57,132 nucleotides of DNA from NCBI GenBank assembly GCA_048885525.1, contig JBHLLP010000009.1, forward strand, positions 1 through 57,132, in the 5' to 3' direction. The notes under the pieces were generated by a model. That model saw nothing but the letters and a program-made list of their open reading frames with translations. It had not been told where the DNA came from and made no database searches. The stretch comes from Candidatus Hermodarchaeota archaeon. GTDB lineage: Archaea > Asgardarchaeota > Lokiarchaeia > Sigyniarchaeales > SOKP01. Numbering within the stretch: the first letter of the stretch is position 1; each line of letters starts with the position of its first letter. Shown one piece after another: positions 1 to 10,061 of this stretch. Position numbers and translations under genes: made by a program.

Positions 1-620
1 ATTCTATTAAATTTGCAATGCAGGTTAAAGGTTTAGAACTTCCTGCATATGATAGTAGAGCTGCTAAGATCACAGGATTAGCATATGTAACTGCTAATCG
101 AGGAGGTTGCCACATTACTGCGTGGATTGAAGGTCCCGCTTTCTTATCAATGCCTTTTATGCTTATTGATGATGCTGATGTAGGTGACCCTCTTCAAGAA
201 ATCCCAGAAAAAACGTTCATCCTTAAAGATTTAGAGGATGGATTTGGAATATTTGATGCAATTGGAGGTTGTAAGTTTATGGGGATTGTTCTCACTGCTG
301 ATGATTGGGCATCCTTAATTTCTAAACTATTGGGGTATGAATTCACTGTAACAGACTTTAGAAAGACAGGTGAAAGACTTTTTAATCTTGCGAGAGTTTA
401 TAATATAAGAGAAGGTTTGACTAGAGCAGATGATACTCTTCCAGCGCGTCTATTAGAAGAACCACTGCCTGAAGGACCAGCTAAAGGACAAATAGTAAAC
501 TTAGAACCGCTTTTAAATTCATATTATGAAAATCGCGGATGGGATAAACAAACTGGCAAACCAACTAAGGAGAAACTAATAGAACTTGGATTAGAATGGA
601 CAATTAAGGAAATTTACTAA
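1..620 (+). CDS. Tungsten-dependent aldehyde:ferredoxin oxidoreductase family, C-terminal part (5' truncated by window edge)
   Basis: Motifs VKGLELPAYD, LAYVTANRGGCH, RVYNIREG, DDTLPARL and YYENRGWD are typical of the AOR C-terminal domains. The frame stays open upstream of the ATG at 18 (SIKFA-MQVK). Confidence 0.9.
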   Translation, partial: SIKFAMQVKGLELPAYDSRAAKITGLAYVTANRGGCHITAWIEGPAFLSMPFMLIDDADVGDPLQEIPEKTFILKDLEDGFGIFDAIGGCKFMGIVLTADDWASLISKLLGYEFTVTDFRKTGERLFNLARVYNIREGLTRADDTLPARLLEEPLPEGPAKGQIVNLEPLLNSYYENRGWDKQTGKPTKEKLIELGLEWTIKEIY

Positions 621-661
621 TTTATATAATTTTATAAACAATTAAAAGAGGGGAAAAAATC

Positions 662-2362
662 ATAGCTGAAGAAAAAAAGTTAACCTATGCTGATAAACCA
701 TGGAAAAAGAGTTATAAGCTTGGCCCTTTCAAACTTGCAGAAACTATGGCACCTTTTCCTGAAATATCCGCCTATAAATTTCTTGAGGATTCAGCAACTA
801 ACTTCCCAGAAAGTAAAGCGATTACTTTTATGGATGAAGTTATAACATACGAGGAATTAAAATTACAAGTAGATAAATTTGCTACAGCATTATCAGATTT
901 AGGGATAAAAAAGGGTGATAGAGTCGCAACAATACTTCCAAATTGTCCACAGTATATAATTAGTGATTTTGCAATTTTGCGAATTGGTGCAGTTCATGTC
1001 CCTCTTAGCATACTGCATAAAGCTCCAGATTTATTATATGAATTAGGTGAATCTAAAGCTGAAACTGTAATCTGTTCATATAGACGCCTTGAACGAGTGA
1101 ATGAAATAAAGGATAAAATAAGCGTTAAAACTATGATTTATAGCTGTATTCCCATTTTTCCTGATTACTCATTACCAGAAATAAACGAAACGTACGGAGC
1201 AATTCTATTTGAAGATTTAATAAACAAATATGAACCAAATCCCCCTGATGTTGAGATAAATCCTAAAGAGGATCTTGCTGAATTACCTTTCACTGGAGGT
1301 ACTACAGGTGTTCCAAAGGGTACTATGCTAACTCACTTTAATGTTACAACGACCACTATTCAGACATTTCAATGGTATATAAAACCATTGGAAGTAGGAA
1401 TAAAAGGAAAATCTTCTTTAGTAATATGTGTCCCAGCATTCCATCAGTATGGTCATATGATGGTATTTGCTGCTGTTTATATGGGTATGAATATATTTTT
1501 AGTTGATCCAAGAGACATTAATAAAATTTTGGATATAATTAAGAAACATCGGCCCTTTATGGTTTGTGCGGTTCCTACTCATTATATGATATTTGCTGAA
1601 AGAGATATACCAAAGATGCCAATCTTTTATTATTCTGCTGCTGCCGCACTTCCTCCTGAAGTCGCTGAAAAATTTGAGAAAAAGACGGGTGTTCCTCTAG
1701 GTGAGGGCTATGGAATGACTGAATCAGCTGTAACACATATAAATCTTTCGGGTCTTTCAAAAGTCACAGGATTTATGTCAGCAGTAAAAAGAAGCGTTGG
1801 ATTACCTGTTCCTGATACAGATGTTAAATTAGTCGATCCAGAATCTGGTGAAGAGGTTCCATTTGGAGAACCTGGAGAAATAATAGTTCGAGGTCCTCAA
1901 CTTATGAAAGGATATTGGCCTACCCCAGGAAAAGGACTTACTGAAGATGGATGGATAGCAACAGGTGATATTGGAAAGATGGATGAGGATGGTTATTTCT
2001 ATATAGTGGACAGAATTAAAGATATGATCAGCGTTTCAGGCATGAAGGTATATTCTAGAGTCTTTGAAGATCTGTTGTACGAACATCCCGCAGTAAACGA
2101 AGTTGCTATCATTGGAGTCCCAGATCCAGAACGTCCTGGAAGTGAACGAGTAAAAGCATTTATTCAATTAAATCCTGGATTTAAAGACACAACAACAGAT
2201 GAAATTCTCGAGTATTGCAGAGAGAAATTTCCACCATATGCAGTACCAAAATTTGTTGAGTTTCGTAAGTCATTGCCGTTAACATTAGCCATGAAAATCT
2301 TTAAACGAAAACTCAGAGATGAAGAAATCGCTAAAATGAAGGAAAGGGGAGAAATTAAATAG
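662..2362 (+). CDS. Long-chain fatty-acid--CoA ligase (AMP-forming); probable start is ATA at 662 (ORF track uses ATG at 746)
   Basis: P-loop FTGGTTGVPKG, GYGMTE, TGDIG and DRIKD motifs. An in-frame upstream extension IAEEKKLTYADKPWKKSY contains the family-typical KPWxxxY N-terminus. GAGGGG at 648-653 precedes it. Confidence 0.9.
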   Translation: MAEEKKLTYADKPWKKSYKLGPFKLAETMAPFPEISAYKFLEDSATNFPESKAITFMDEVITYEELKLQVDKFATALSDLGIKKGDRVATILPNCPQYIISDFAILRIGAVHVPLSILHKAPDLLYELGESKAETVICSYRRLERVNEIKDKISVKTMIYSCIPIFPDYSLPEINETYGAILFEDLINKYEPNPPDVEINPKEDLAELPFTGGTTGVPKGTMLTHFNVTTTTIQTFQWYIKPLEVGIKGKSSLVICVPAFHQYGHMMVFAAVYMGMNIFLVDPRDINKILDIIKKHRPFMVCAVPTHYMIFAERDIPKMPIFYYSAAAALPPEVAEKFEKKTGVPLGEGYGMTESAVTHINLSGLSKVTGFMSAVKRSVGLPVPDTDVKLVDPESGEEVPFGEPGEIIVRGPQLMKGYWPTPGKGLTEDGWIATGDIGKMDEDGYFYIVDRIKDMISVSGMKVYSRVFEDLLYEHPAVNEVAIIGVPDPERPGSERVKAFIQLNPGFKDTTTDEILEYCREKFPPYAVPKFVEFRKSLPLTLAMKIFKRKLRDEEIAKMKERGEIK

Positions 2363-2488
2363 ATTAGAAAATAAAATCGTATTAAAAATTTTTACTTTTA
2401 CTTTCTTGAATAAAAATAGAGTATCTATAAAAATCAATTAAAATTTAAAATACATAAAATATTTAAAGTTTTATTATAAAAAATTGGA

Positions 2489-2920
2489 GTGAATATTATG
2501 TTATTTGGAACTCAAGAATGGGCTGAGGATTTTTGTAAAGCAATTAATGAAAATGAAAATTATAGAGATGCTGCTGGACCAGAAGGCTTTCCTCCTGATG
2601 GATGGGAAGGTGATTTTCTTTTTGTTATTGAACCCTCTGGGAATTTAGATCACGAAATTCGTATATTTGTAGGACTTTACCATGGGGAATGCACCGGCTG
2701 TAGACGCTTAGAAGAAGGAGAAGAAGTAGATGTAGAATATGAATATGCTGGTCCTTATGATGCTTGGGTGGCAATCGTTAATAAAGAATTAGATCCTATT
2801 CGTGCCTTACTTGCAGGAAAAACTAAACTAAAGGGGGATATGGCTAAAGTCTTAAGAGCCACCAGAGCGGCACAGGAACTTGTTGTGTCGAGTACAATGG
2901 TAGAGACTGAATTTTATTAA
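2489..2920 (+). CDS. SCP2 (sterol carrier/lipid-binding) domain protein; ATG at 2498 is the likelier start
   Basis: F-x3-WA..F...IN....Y N-terminus and LDPIRALLAGKTKLKGDM C-terminus match the SCP2 pattern. GGAGTG precedes ATG 2498. Confidence 0.8.
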   Translation: MNIMLFGTQEWAEDFCKAINENENYRDAAGPEGFPPDGWEGDFLFVIEPSGNLDHEIRIFVGLYHGECTGCRRLEEGEEVDVEYEYAGPYDAWVAIVNKELDPIRALLAGKTKLKGDMAKVLRATRAAQELVVSSTMVETEFY

Positions 2921-2984
2921 AAAATGTGTATTTTTATTATTTTTTTCTTTTTAAATCAATCCTAATTATCATTTTAAGCCTAAG

Positions 2985-3794
2985 ATGGATATCAATAAAG
3001 CTAATTTATTTGAATTAACAACTAAACAAGTGTTTTTTTTTGATTTAGATGGGACTATATATTTAGGAAAAAATCTTTTTAAAGGAGTCCCTAAACTAAT
3101 AGAAGTATTAAGAAAAAAAAAGAGAAAGTTTTATTTTCTTTCAAATAATTCAAGTAAATCAACTGAAGATTATCTTGAAACACTAAATAAATATAACCTA
3201 AACATCACACGAAACAATCTTATTTTATCTCAACATCCAACGATAGAATTTCTTAAAAAAAATAATTTCAAAAATATATTTTTATTAGGAACACATTCTC
3301 TTAAAGATGAATTTGAAAAAGAGGGATTTAAATTAACTGAGGATAATCCCGAAATTTTAGTTCTTGCATTCGATCAAGAATTAACCTATGAACGATTAGT
3401 AAAAGCTGCATATTTCCTTCAAAAAGACGATTTTCCATATATTGCTACTCATCTAGATGATAGATGTCCTACTGAAAATGGTTATATTCCAGATGCTGGT
3501 GGAATTGCAGCTCTTTTATATAAAGCCACTGAAAGAATGCCAAAAGTTTTTGGAAAACCGAATAAAGAAATGCTCCTTTTTAAATTAAACGAGTTAGGTG
3601 TCTTACCTAAAAATGCTGTAATATTTGGAGATCGTCTTTATACTGACATACAAATGGGCATTGAAGCAGGGGTTACAACATGTTGCGTATTATCTGGAGA
3701 AATTACTATGAATATGATAAAAAATAGTGATCTAAAACCCGATTTTATTATAAGTGGAATATGGGAACTTTTAGACGAATTTAATAAAATATGA
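2985..3794 (+). CDS. HAD-superfamily hydrolase, subfamily IIA (NagD-like)
   Basis: Motif I FDLDGT, LSNNS, GKP and GDRLYTDI. Confidence 0.9.
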   Translation: MDINKANLFELTTKQVFFFDLDGTIYLGKNLFKGVPKLIEVLRKKKRKFYFLSNNSSKSTEDYLETLNKYNLNITRNNLILSQHPTIEFLKKNNFKNIFLLGTHSLKDEFEKEGFKLTEDNPEILVLAFDQELTYERLVKAAYFLQKDDFPYIATHLDDRCPTENGYIPDAGGIAALLYKATERMPKVFGKPNKEMLLFKLNELGVLPKNAVIFGDRLYTDIQMGIEAGVTTCCVLSGEITMNMIKNSDLKPDFIISGIWELLDEFNKI

Positions 3795-3960
3795 CTGAAC
3801 TATTCCATTATTGATTTCAATTATTCGAAAATTTTATTTCTTTTTAGAAATTACTTTAATATAAAATGTTTTACAAGTTATTTAGATAAACTATAAAAAT
3901 TAAAACTGTTGTTTTTATCATATCTAAATTTGTTGATTATCGAGATTTTGGTAGATCTAC

Positions 3961-6654
3961 ATGACAACAACTGAAAATAAGAAATTTGTCTACGATTTTA
4001 GTGAAGGTAATAAAGATTTAAAGAACCTCCTTGGTGGAAAGGGTGCAAACTTAGCTGAAATGACTAAATTAGGTCTTAGTATTCCGCCTGGTTTTACAAT
4101 AACAACCGAGGCATGTCTACTGTATTTTGGAAACCCAGAAAAAGTAATGAAAGATATAAGACCATTGGTAATTGAGCATTTAAAAACACTTGAAAAATTA
4201 ACTGGTAAGAAGTTTGGTGATAAAAATAACCCATTATTGGTTAGTGTACGATCTGGAGCACCAATGAGTATGCCCGGAATGATGGATACAATTCTCAATT
4301 TGGGTTTAAATGATGAAAGTGTTATAGGATTAGCTAAACAAACGGAAAATCCACGATTTGCTTATGACTCTTGGAGGAGATTTATACAAATGTTCGGAGA
4401 TGTATGCATGGGAATTGGAGATGAGAAATTCGAGAGAATTTTAAACAAATATAAACGTGCTATAGGAAGGAATGCTCAAGATACTGACTTAGAAGTAAAA
4501 GATTTACAAAAAGTCATAGCGGACTACAAGGCATTATATGAAAAAGAAATTGGTAAACCATTTCCACAAGATCCCTTTAATCAACTATTTCTCGCCATAG
4601 AAGCAGTATTTAAATCCTGGAATAACCGAAGAGCTATAACTTATCGGAAAATAAACAATATTCCAGATTTTGGTACAGCAGTTAATATTCAAACAATGGT
4701 ATTTGGGAATAAGGGATGGAATTCCGCCACAGGAGTAGCATTTACTCGTGATCCATCAACTGGGGACAATAGTAAATTTGGCGAATATTTAACAAATGCT
4801 CAAGGAGAGGATGTTGTAGCCGGGATAAGGACTCCTAAAAAATTAGAAGTCTTGGGAGAGGAATTTCCAGAAATTTATAAAGAATTACTGGAAACGATGG
4901 ATAAATTAGAAAATCATTATAGAGATATGCAGGATATTGAATTTACTGTTGAAGAAGGGAAATTAAATATATTACAAACGCGAAGTGGTAAAAGAACACC
5001 ATCAGCAGCAGTAAAAATAGCCGTTGATATGGTTAAAGAAGGGTTAATAACAAAAGAAGAAGCGATAATGAGTATTGATCCTAAAAAAGTTGCTAAATTA
5101 CTCTTTAAAAGTATCGATGAAAATTCAATTGTTCATGTATTAGCTCATGGAATCAATGCATCACCTGGCGCTGTTTCCGGAATTGCTATTTTTGACTCTG
5201 ATAGAGCTGAGGAATTAGCGAATCAAGAGCAAAAAGAAATAATATTAGTACGCCCACAAACAAAACCAGAAGATGTACATGGGCTTTATGCATCAGCTGG
5301 AGTTTTAACTCAATTTGGTGGAAAAACATCACATGCTGCAGTTGTTGCTAGAGGAATGGGCAAACCTGCTGTTGTAGGTGCTCAAGATGTTGAAATTGAC
5401 GAAGAGAATAAAGAATTTAGAGTTGCAGAAATGATTGTGAAAGAAGGCGACTGGATTACCATTGATGGGACAACTGGACGTATTATTGAAGGAAAAGTTC
5501 CATTGGTCGAGCCTGAAATTAAAGGAGAATTCCTTGAATTATTAGAGATGGCAGACGAGGTAAAAGTTTTAGGAGTAAGAGCTAATGCTGATACTCCAGT
5601 AGATGCTCGAAAAGCAATAGAATTTGGAGCACAAGGAATTGGTCTTTGTCGTACTGAACATATGTTTATGGCGCAAGACAGATTACCTGTGGTACAAAAG
5701 ATGATAATAGCAAGAACAAAAGAGGAACGACAAGATGCTCTTAATAAGATATTACCTATGCAAAAAGGAGATTTTATAGAAATATTTAAAATTATGGAAG
5801 GAAAACCAGTAACCATTAGATTATTGGATCCTCCCCTTCATGAGTTTTTACCAGATTTAGCTACTGTTTTGTTAGAAAATCAAGAACTTAAAATGACAAA
5901 TGCTCTATCAAGAGCTTTATTGGATACTAGTCCTTTAGATAATGAAATTAAAAAAAAGAAAAAAGTTATTTCATTAATAAGGTCATTATCAGAAGAAAAT
6001 CCAATGATGGGCTTAAGGGGTTGTCGCCTTGGAATTGTTTGGCCAGAAATTAATGAAATGCAAGTAAAAGCAATATTCCAAGCCGCATGCGAGCTTAAAC
6101 TTAAAGGAATTGAAGTTATCCCCGAAGTTATGATCCCTCTAGTTGGGATGATCTCAGAATTACAATTGGTTAAAGCTCAATTAATGGAAGTGGCTTTAGA
6201 AACAATTAAAAATTATAATGTAGATTTAGAATATAAATTTGGGACTATGATAGAAATCCCAAGGGCTGCCTTAACTGCAGATGATATTGCTATTGAAGCA
6301 GAATTCTTTTCATTTGGTACAAATGACTTGACACAAATGACTTATGGGTTCTCGAGAGATGATGCTGAGGGTAAATTTCTCCCAATCTACTTAAATAAAG
6401 AAATTTTAGAAAACAATCCCTTTGAAATTCTTGATCAAGAAGGTGTTGGAAAATTAATGAAAATGGCGATAAAACTAGGCAAAAAGACTAGACCGGATTT
6501 AAAAACTGGAATATGTGGTGAGCATGGAGGAGAACCAAGTTCGATTAAGTTTGCTCATTCAATAGGATTAGATTATGTATCATGTTCTCCATTTAGAATT
6601 CCCGTGGCTAGGATCGCCGCAGCTCAAGCTGCAATTGAACAGAATAAAGAATAA
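3961..6654 (+). CDS. ppdK: Pyruvate, phosphate dikinase
   Basis: LLGGKGANLAEM, SVRSGA..SMPGMMDT, NAQGEDVVAGIRTP, phospho-His motif GGKTSHAAVVARG, GLCRTEHMF, FSFGTNDLTQ and GICGEHGG. Confidence 0.97.
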   Translation: MTTTENKKFVYDFSEGNKDLKNLLGGKGANLAEMTKLGLSIPPGFTITTEACLLYFGNPEKVMKDIRPLVIEHLKTLEKLTGKKFGDKNNPLLVSVRSGAPMSMPGMMDTILNLGLNDESVIGLAKQTENPRFAYDSWRRFIQMFGDVCMGIGDEKFERILNKYKRAIGRNAQDTDLEVKDLQKVIADYKALYEKEIGKPFPQDPFNQLFLAIEAVFKSWNNRRAITYRKINNIPDFGTAVNIQTMVFGNKGWNSATGVAFTRDPSTGDNSKFGEYLTNAQGEDVVAGIRTPKKLEVLGEEFPEIYKELLETMDKLENHYRDMQDIEFTVEEGKLNILQTRSGKRTPSAAVKIAVDMVKEGLITKEEAIMSIDPKKVAKLLFKSIDENSIVHVLAHGINASPGAVSGIAIFDSDRAEELANQEQKEIILVRPQTKPEDVHGLYASAGVLTQFGGKTSHAAVVARGMGKPAVVGAQDVEIDEENKEFRVAEMIVKEGDWITIDGTTGRIIEGKVPLVEPEIKGEFLELLEMADEVKVLGVRANADTPVDARKAIEFGAQGIGLCRTEHMFMAQDRLPVVQKMIIARTKEERQDALNKILPMQKGDFIEIFKIMEGKPVTIRLLDPPLHEFLPDLATVLLENQELKMTNALSRALLDTSPLDNEIKKKKKVISLIRSLSEENPMMGLRGCRLGIVWPEINEMQVKAIFQAACELKLKGIEVIPEVMIPLVGMISELQLVKAQLMEVALETIKNYNVDLEYKFGTMIEIPRAALTADDIAIEAEFFSFGTNDLTQMTYGFSRDDAEGKFLPIYLNKEILENNPFEILDQEGVGKLMKMAIKLGKKTRPDLKTGICGEHGGEPSSIKFAHSIGLDYVSCSPFRIPVARIAAAQAAIEQNKE

Positions 6655-6742
6655 ATGTTAATTAAGATTTTTTTCCTTTTGTTATTTTTTACCACTATGG
6701 ATTTTGCATACTTAATTTAAACAAGATTGCATTGCATAGATT

Positions 6743-7291
6743 GTGATATATAAAAGAAACACTAAAGCGAAGGAACTAACTATTATCTATGGAATTGGAT
6801 TTTTAACTTTAATTTTATCAGCAATATTCTTCGCTATTAGAGGTTATCCTTTAGTAAATACTGCTACCGAGACCTTAAATATCTCTACACCTCCATTATA
6901 CATGATTTCTATTTTTCTTCCTTATGGGATATTAATTGGTGAGGTAATTTGGCTCTGGATTAAAAGAAAAGAGGGAATCTCATACTTTTTATTATTAATT
7001 GAAACAGCAATTGTTGGTATATTTTCTTTTATTAGATATATTATTAATATTCCATTTAGTGGTCATGCAATCATAATATTCTTTTATTTACTTCATCAAA
7101 TTATAAATCGTAAATATAAATCTTCAATAAGAATTCTGATTGGAGTTTTAGTCCTTATTATCATAATCATTTATAAAATCTTTCTATGGAACGATCCGAT
7201 TACTTTTTTATTAGGAACTATATTAGGGATAATTTTATGGGTTCCAGGATTTTTATATCGAAGAAGAAAAAATAAAATCACTTTATCCTAA
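6743..7291 (+). CDS. Hypothetical multi-pass membrane protein (about 6 TM)
   Basis: 182-aa ORF with repeated hydrophobic segments, an SGH motif and a basic C-terminus. Confidence 0.65.
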   Translation: MIYKRNTKAKELTIIYGIGFLTLILSAIFFAIRGYPLVNTATETLNISTPPLYMISIFLPYGILIGEVIWLWIKRKEGISYFLLLIETAIVGIFSFIRYIINIPFSGHAIIIFFYLLHQIINRKYKSSIRILIGVLVLIIIIIYKIFLWNDPITFLLGTILGIILWVPGFLYRRRKNKITLS

Positions 7292-7374
7292 TTTTCAAAA
7301 TGGAATATTAATTGTTTAATCTAATTTCTTTAGATAATTTTAAAAATTGTTGATTAATTATGAATTTCTAAAAT

Positions 7375-7390
7375 CCATAAAGGTTTTATC
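7375..7390 (+). promoter_or_regulatory. Putative BRE/TATA promoter of tyrS
   Basis: CCATAAAggTTTTATC about 35-45 nt upstream of the start. The same CCATAAA-NN-TTTWTA pattern occurs at 11220. Confidence 0.4.
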
Positions 7391-7423
7391 AATAGAAGAA
7401 TTTACTAATTTATAAAATGCTTA

Positions 7424-8545
7424 GTGATTGAGGATATGTCTTTAACTTTAGATGAAAAAATTACTTTATTAGAGGAAGTTGGAGAAGAAATTATTAGTTT
7501 AGATGAATTAAGGGAAATGATTAAATGGAAAGTTGAACATAATAAAGAGATATATGCTTATGATGGTTTTGAACCTTCTGGTAATATCCATATAGCTCAA
7601 GGGCTTTTAAGAGCTATTAATGTAAATAAAATAACAAAAGCGGGAATTCGCTTTAAATTTCTGGTTGCTGATTGGCATGCTGCTGCTAATAAAAAGTTTG
7701 GTGGCAATTTAGAAGTAATTAAAAAAGTTGGAGATTTTTTCATTGAATTATGGAAAGTTTGCGGTATGGATTTAACTAAAGTAGAGTTTATTTATGCTTC
7801 AGATATAGTAAAAAACACTGATTATTGGGAATTAGTACTAAAGATTGGAATAGAAACAACATTAAAGAGAGTTAAAAGATGTACTCAGATAATGGGAAGA
7901 AGCGAATCTGATAAACTTTACGCTTCGCAAATATTATATCCCTTAATGCAATGCACAGATATTTTTTATCTTCCTGCTGATATTTGCCAACTTGGCATGG
8001 ATCAAAGAAAGGTAAATATGCTAGCAAGAGAGGTTGCTAAAAAGTTAGATAAACCAAAACCTGTTGCGATTCATCATCATATGTTAATGGGTTTAAATAA
8101 ACCACCAGTAACAGATCTAAATGGTGTTGATAGAACAATAGAGATTAAAATGTCAAAATCGGACCCTGATTCATCGATATTTATGTTAAATTCTCCTGAT
8201 GAGGTAAAACGTAAAATAAACAAAGCATATTGTCCCCCCAAGCAAATTAAAGAAAATCCTGTGTTAGAATATTGTAAATATATTATATTTGAATTAGTTA
8301 ATGTCTTTAAAATTGAACGACCTGAAAAATATGGTGGAAATATTGAATATAGTTCATATGCTGAATTAGAAAAAGATTATGCAGGTGGTAAGTTGAATCC
8401 ACCTGATTTAAAACCAGCTGTAGTTAAATATCTTAATCAATTTTTAGCTCCTATTATAAAGCATTTTAAAACTGACGAGTATGCTAAAAAACTATATCAA
8501 TTTGTTCAAAGAGAATATAAGAAATATAAAGCGAATGAGATTTAA
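7424..8545 (+). CDS. tyrS: Tyrosyl-tRNA synthetase (archaeal/eukaryotic type)
   Basis: YDGFEPSG.IHIAQ (HIGH variant), ADWHA, YPLMQCTD, LGMDQRKVNMLARE and KMSKS. Start may be ATG 7436. Confidence 0.95.
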   Translation: MIEDMSLTLDEKITLLEEVGEEIISLDELREMIKWKVEHNKEIYAYDGFEPSGNIHIAQGLLRAINVNKITKAGIRFKFLVADWHAAANKKFGGNLEVIKKVGDFFIELWKVCGMDLTKVEFIYASDIVKNTDYWELVLKIGIETTLKRVKRCTQIMGRSESDKLYASQILYPLMQCTDIFYLPADICQLGMDQRKVNMLAREVAKKLDKPKPVAIHHHMLMGLNKPPVTDLNGVDRTIEIKMSKSDPDSSIFMLNSPDEVKRKINKAYCPPKQIKENPVLEYCKYIIFELVNVFKIERPEKYGGNIEYSSYAELEKDYAGGKLNPPDLKPAVVKYLNQFLAPIIKHFKTDEYAKKLYQFVQREYKKYKANEI

Positions 8546-8561
8546 GCAGAAATGACTAAAA

Positions 8562-10052
8562 ATGGATATAAACTTGTCACATAATAAAATAATTGATCTA
8601 TTTTTAAACCCAAAATCCGTAGCAGTAATTGGTGCGTCAAAAAACCCAATGAAAGGCGGTCATAGAATTGTAGATAATCTTGTTACAAATAATTTTAAAG
8701 GGAAAATATATCCAATAAATCCTAACTCAGAAGGAGAATTATTTGGATTACAATTTAAGAAGTCAGTTTTAGATATCGAGGAAGATATCGATTTAGCGGT
8801 ATTTTATATTCCTAATCGTAAAATTCCGCGCATGCTAGACGATTGTATTCAAAAGGGGATTAAAGGTGCTATTATTGAGGCTTCAGGATTTGAAGAAGTA
8901 GGTGAAAAAGGTCTTGAATTAAGAGATCAGATTTTAAAAATTACTGATAATTTTACAAAAATCCGAATTATGGGACCTAATTGTATGGGTCTTACTCGGA
9001 TTGATGGAGATAGTGATACAGAAGGTAATATGAAGGGAGGTTTTTTTACAAGCTTCGCTGTTTTTTACAAATATAAACGAGGAAATATTGCGATAATTTC
9101 CCAATCAGGAATGTTAAATGGTGGATTTTTGATGTATATGATGGAAAAGCATCCTGATTTGGCTATTAGATATTCATGTTCAATTGGAAACAAGATGGAT
9201 TTAAGCGAAATTGAATTTTTGGAATACTTTATAGAAGATCCAACTGTAAATGTTATAGCTGTGTATCTGGAATCATTTAAGGATCCAAGAAAATTTATTA
9301 AATTATGTAAGAAAATAAAAGATAAAAAAGACAAAACTATAATTCTTGTAAAAGGAGGTATAACTCCCCAAGGTCAAAAAGCCACTTTAAGTCATACAGG
9401 CGCATTAGCAGAGAATTCACAATTAATTAACGCGATCATAAAACAATCTGGAGTAATTCACGCAAAAAATTTTCATGAGCTATTTCAATTTGCCAGAACT
9501 TTTTCAATGATGTATAATGAAAATAAAATTTTACCAAAACAAGGAAATGTCTCTTTAATTACGGGATCTGGTGGGGCTGGTACAATAATTGCCGATATTA
9601 CCGCTGAATATGGTTTGAAATTCCCTTACTTTAGTGATGATGTATATCATAGATTAGTAGAAATATTTCCAGAATGGATGCCCCCTAACCGATTTGCACT
9701 TATAGATTTTTGGCCAGCAATAGAGAAGGCGATGATGAATAATAAAAATCCCGGAGAAGTCATGGCTATTGTATATAACCTTCTAATAAAAGATGAAAAA
9801 ATTGAAGGTATATTAAATATGATGTTCTGCTCAAAACGTTGGGGAAGTGTTACTAATTACAAACAAATGGTCAAAATGATTAATAACGCTTCTAAACCAA
9901 TATTCTTCTGGTTAATTGGTGAAGTTAAAGAAGTTCAAAGAGTATCTCGATATATGGCTGACAATAATGTCCCTGCATTTCCAACTTTAGAAGACATGAT
10001 TAAAAACTTTTGGGTCCTAGTTCAAGATTCAAAGAATAAAAACAAAACTTAA
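8562..10052 (+). CDS. ADP-forming acetate/acyl-CoA synthetase, alpha subunit (CoA-binding)
   Basis: PKSVAVIGAS, GPNCMG, SQSG, SIGNKMD, YLES, phospho-His SHTGALA and TGSGGAG. Confidence 0.9.
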   Translation: MDINLSHNKIIDLFLNPKSVAVIGASKNPMKGGHRIVDNLVTNNFKGKIYPINPNSEGELFGLQFKKSVLDIEEDIDLAVFYIPNRKIPRMLDDCIQKGIKGAIIEASGFEEVGEKGLELRDQILKITDNFTKIRIMGPNCMGLTRIDGDSDTEGNMKGGFFTSFAVFYKYKRGNIAIISQSGMLNGGFLMYMMEKHPDLAIRYSCSIGNKMDLSEIEFLEYFIEDPTVNVIAVYLESFKDPRKFIKLCKKIKDKKDKTIILVKGGITPQGQKATLSHTGALAENSQLINAIIKQSGVIHAKNFHELFQFARTFSMMYNENKILPKQGNVSLITGSGGAGTIIADITAEYGLKFPYFSDDVYHRLVEIFPEWMPPNRFALIDFWPAIEKAMMNNKNPGEVMAIVYNLLIKDEKIEGILNMMFCSKRWGSVTNYKQMVKMINNASKPIFFWLIGEVKEVQRVSRYMADNNVPAFPTLEDMIKNFWVLVQDSKNKNKT

Positions 10053-10061
10053 TTCATTATT

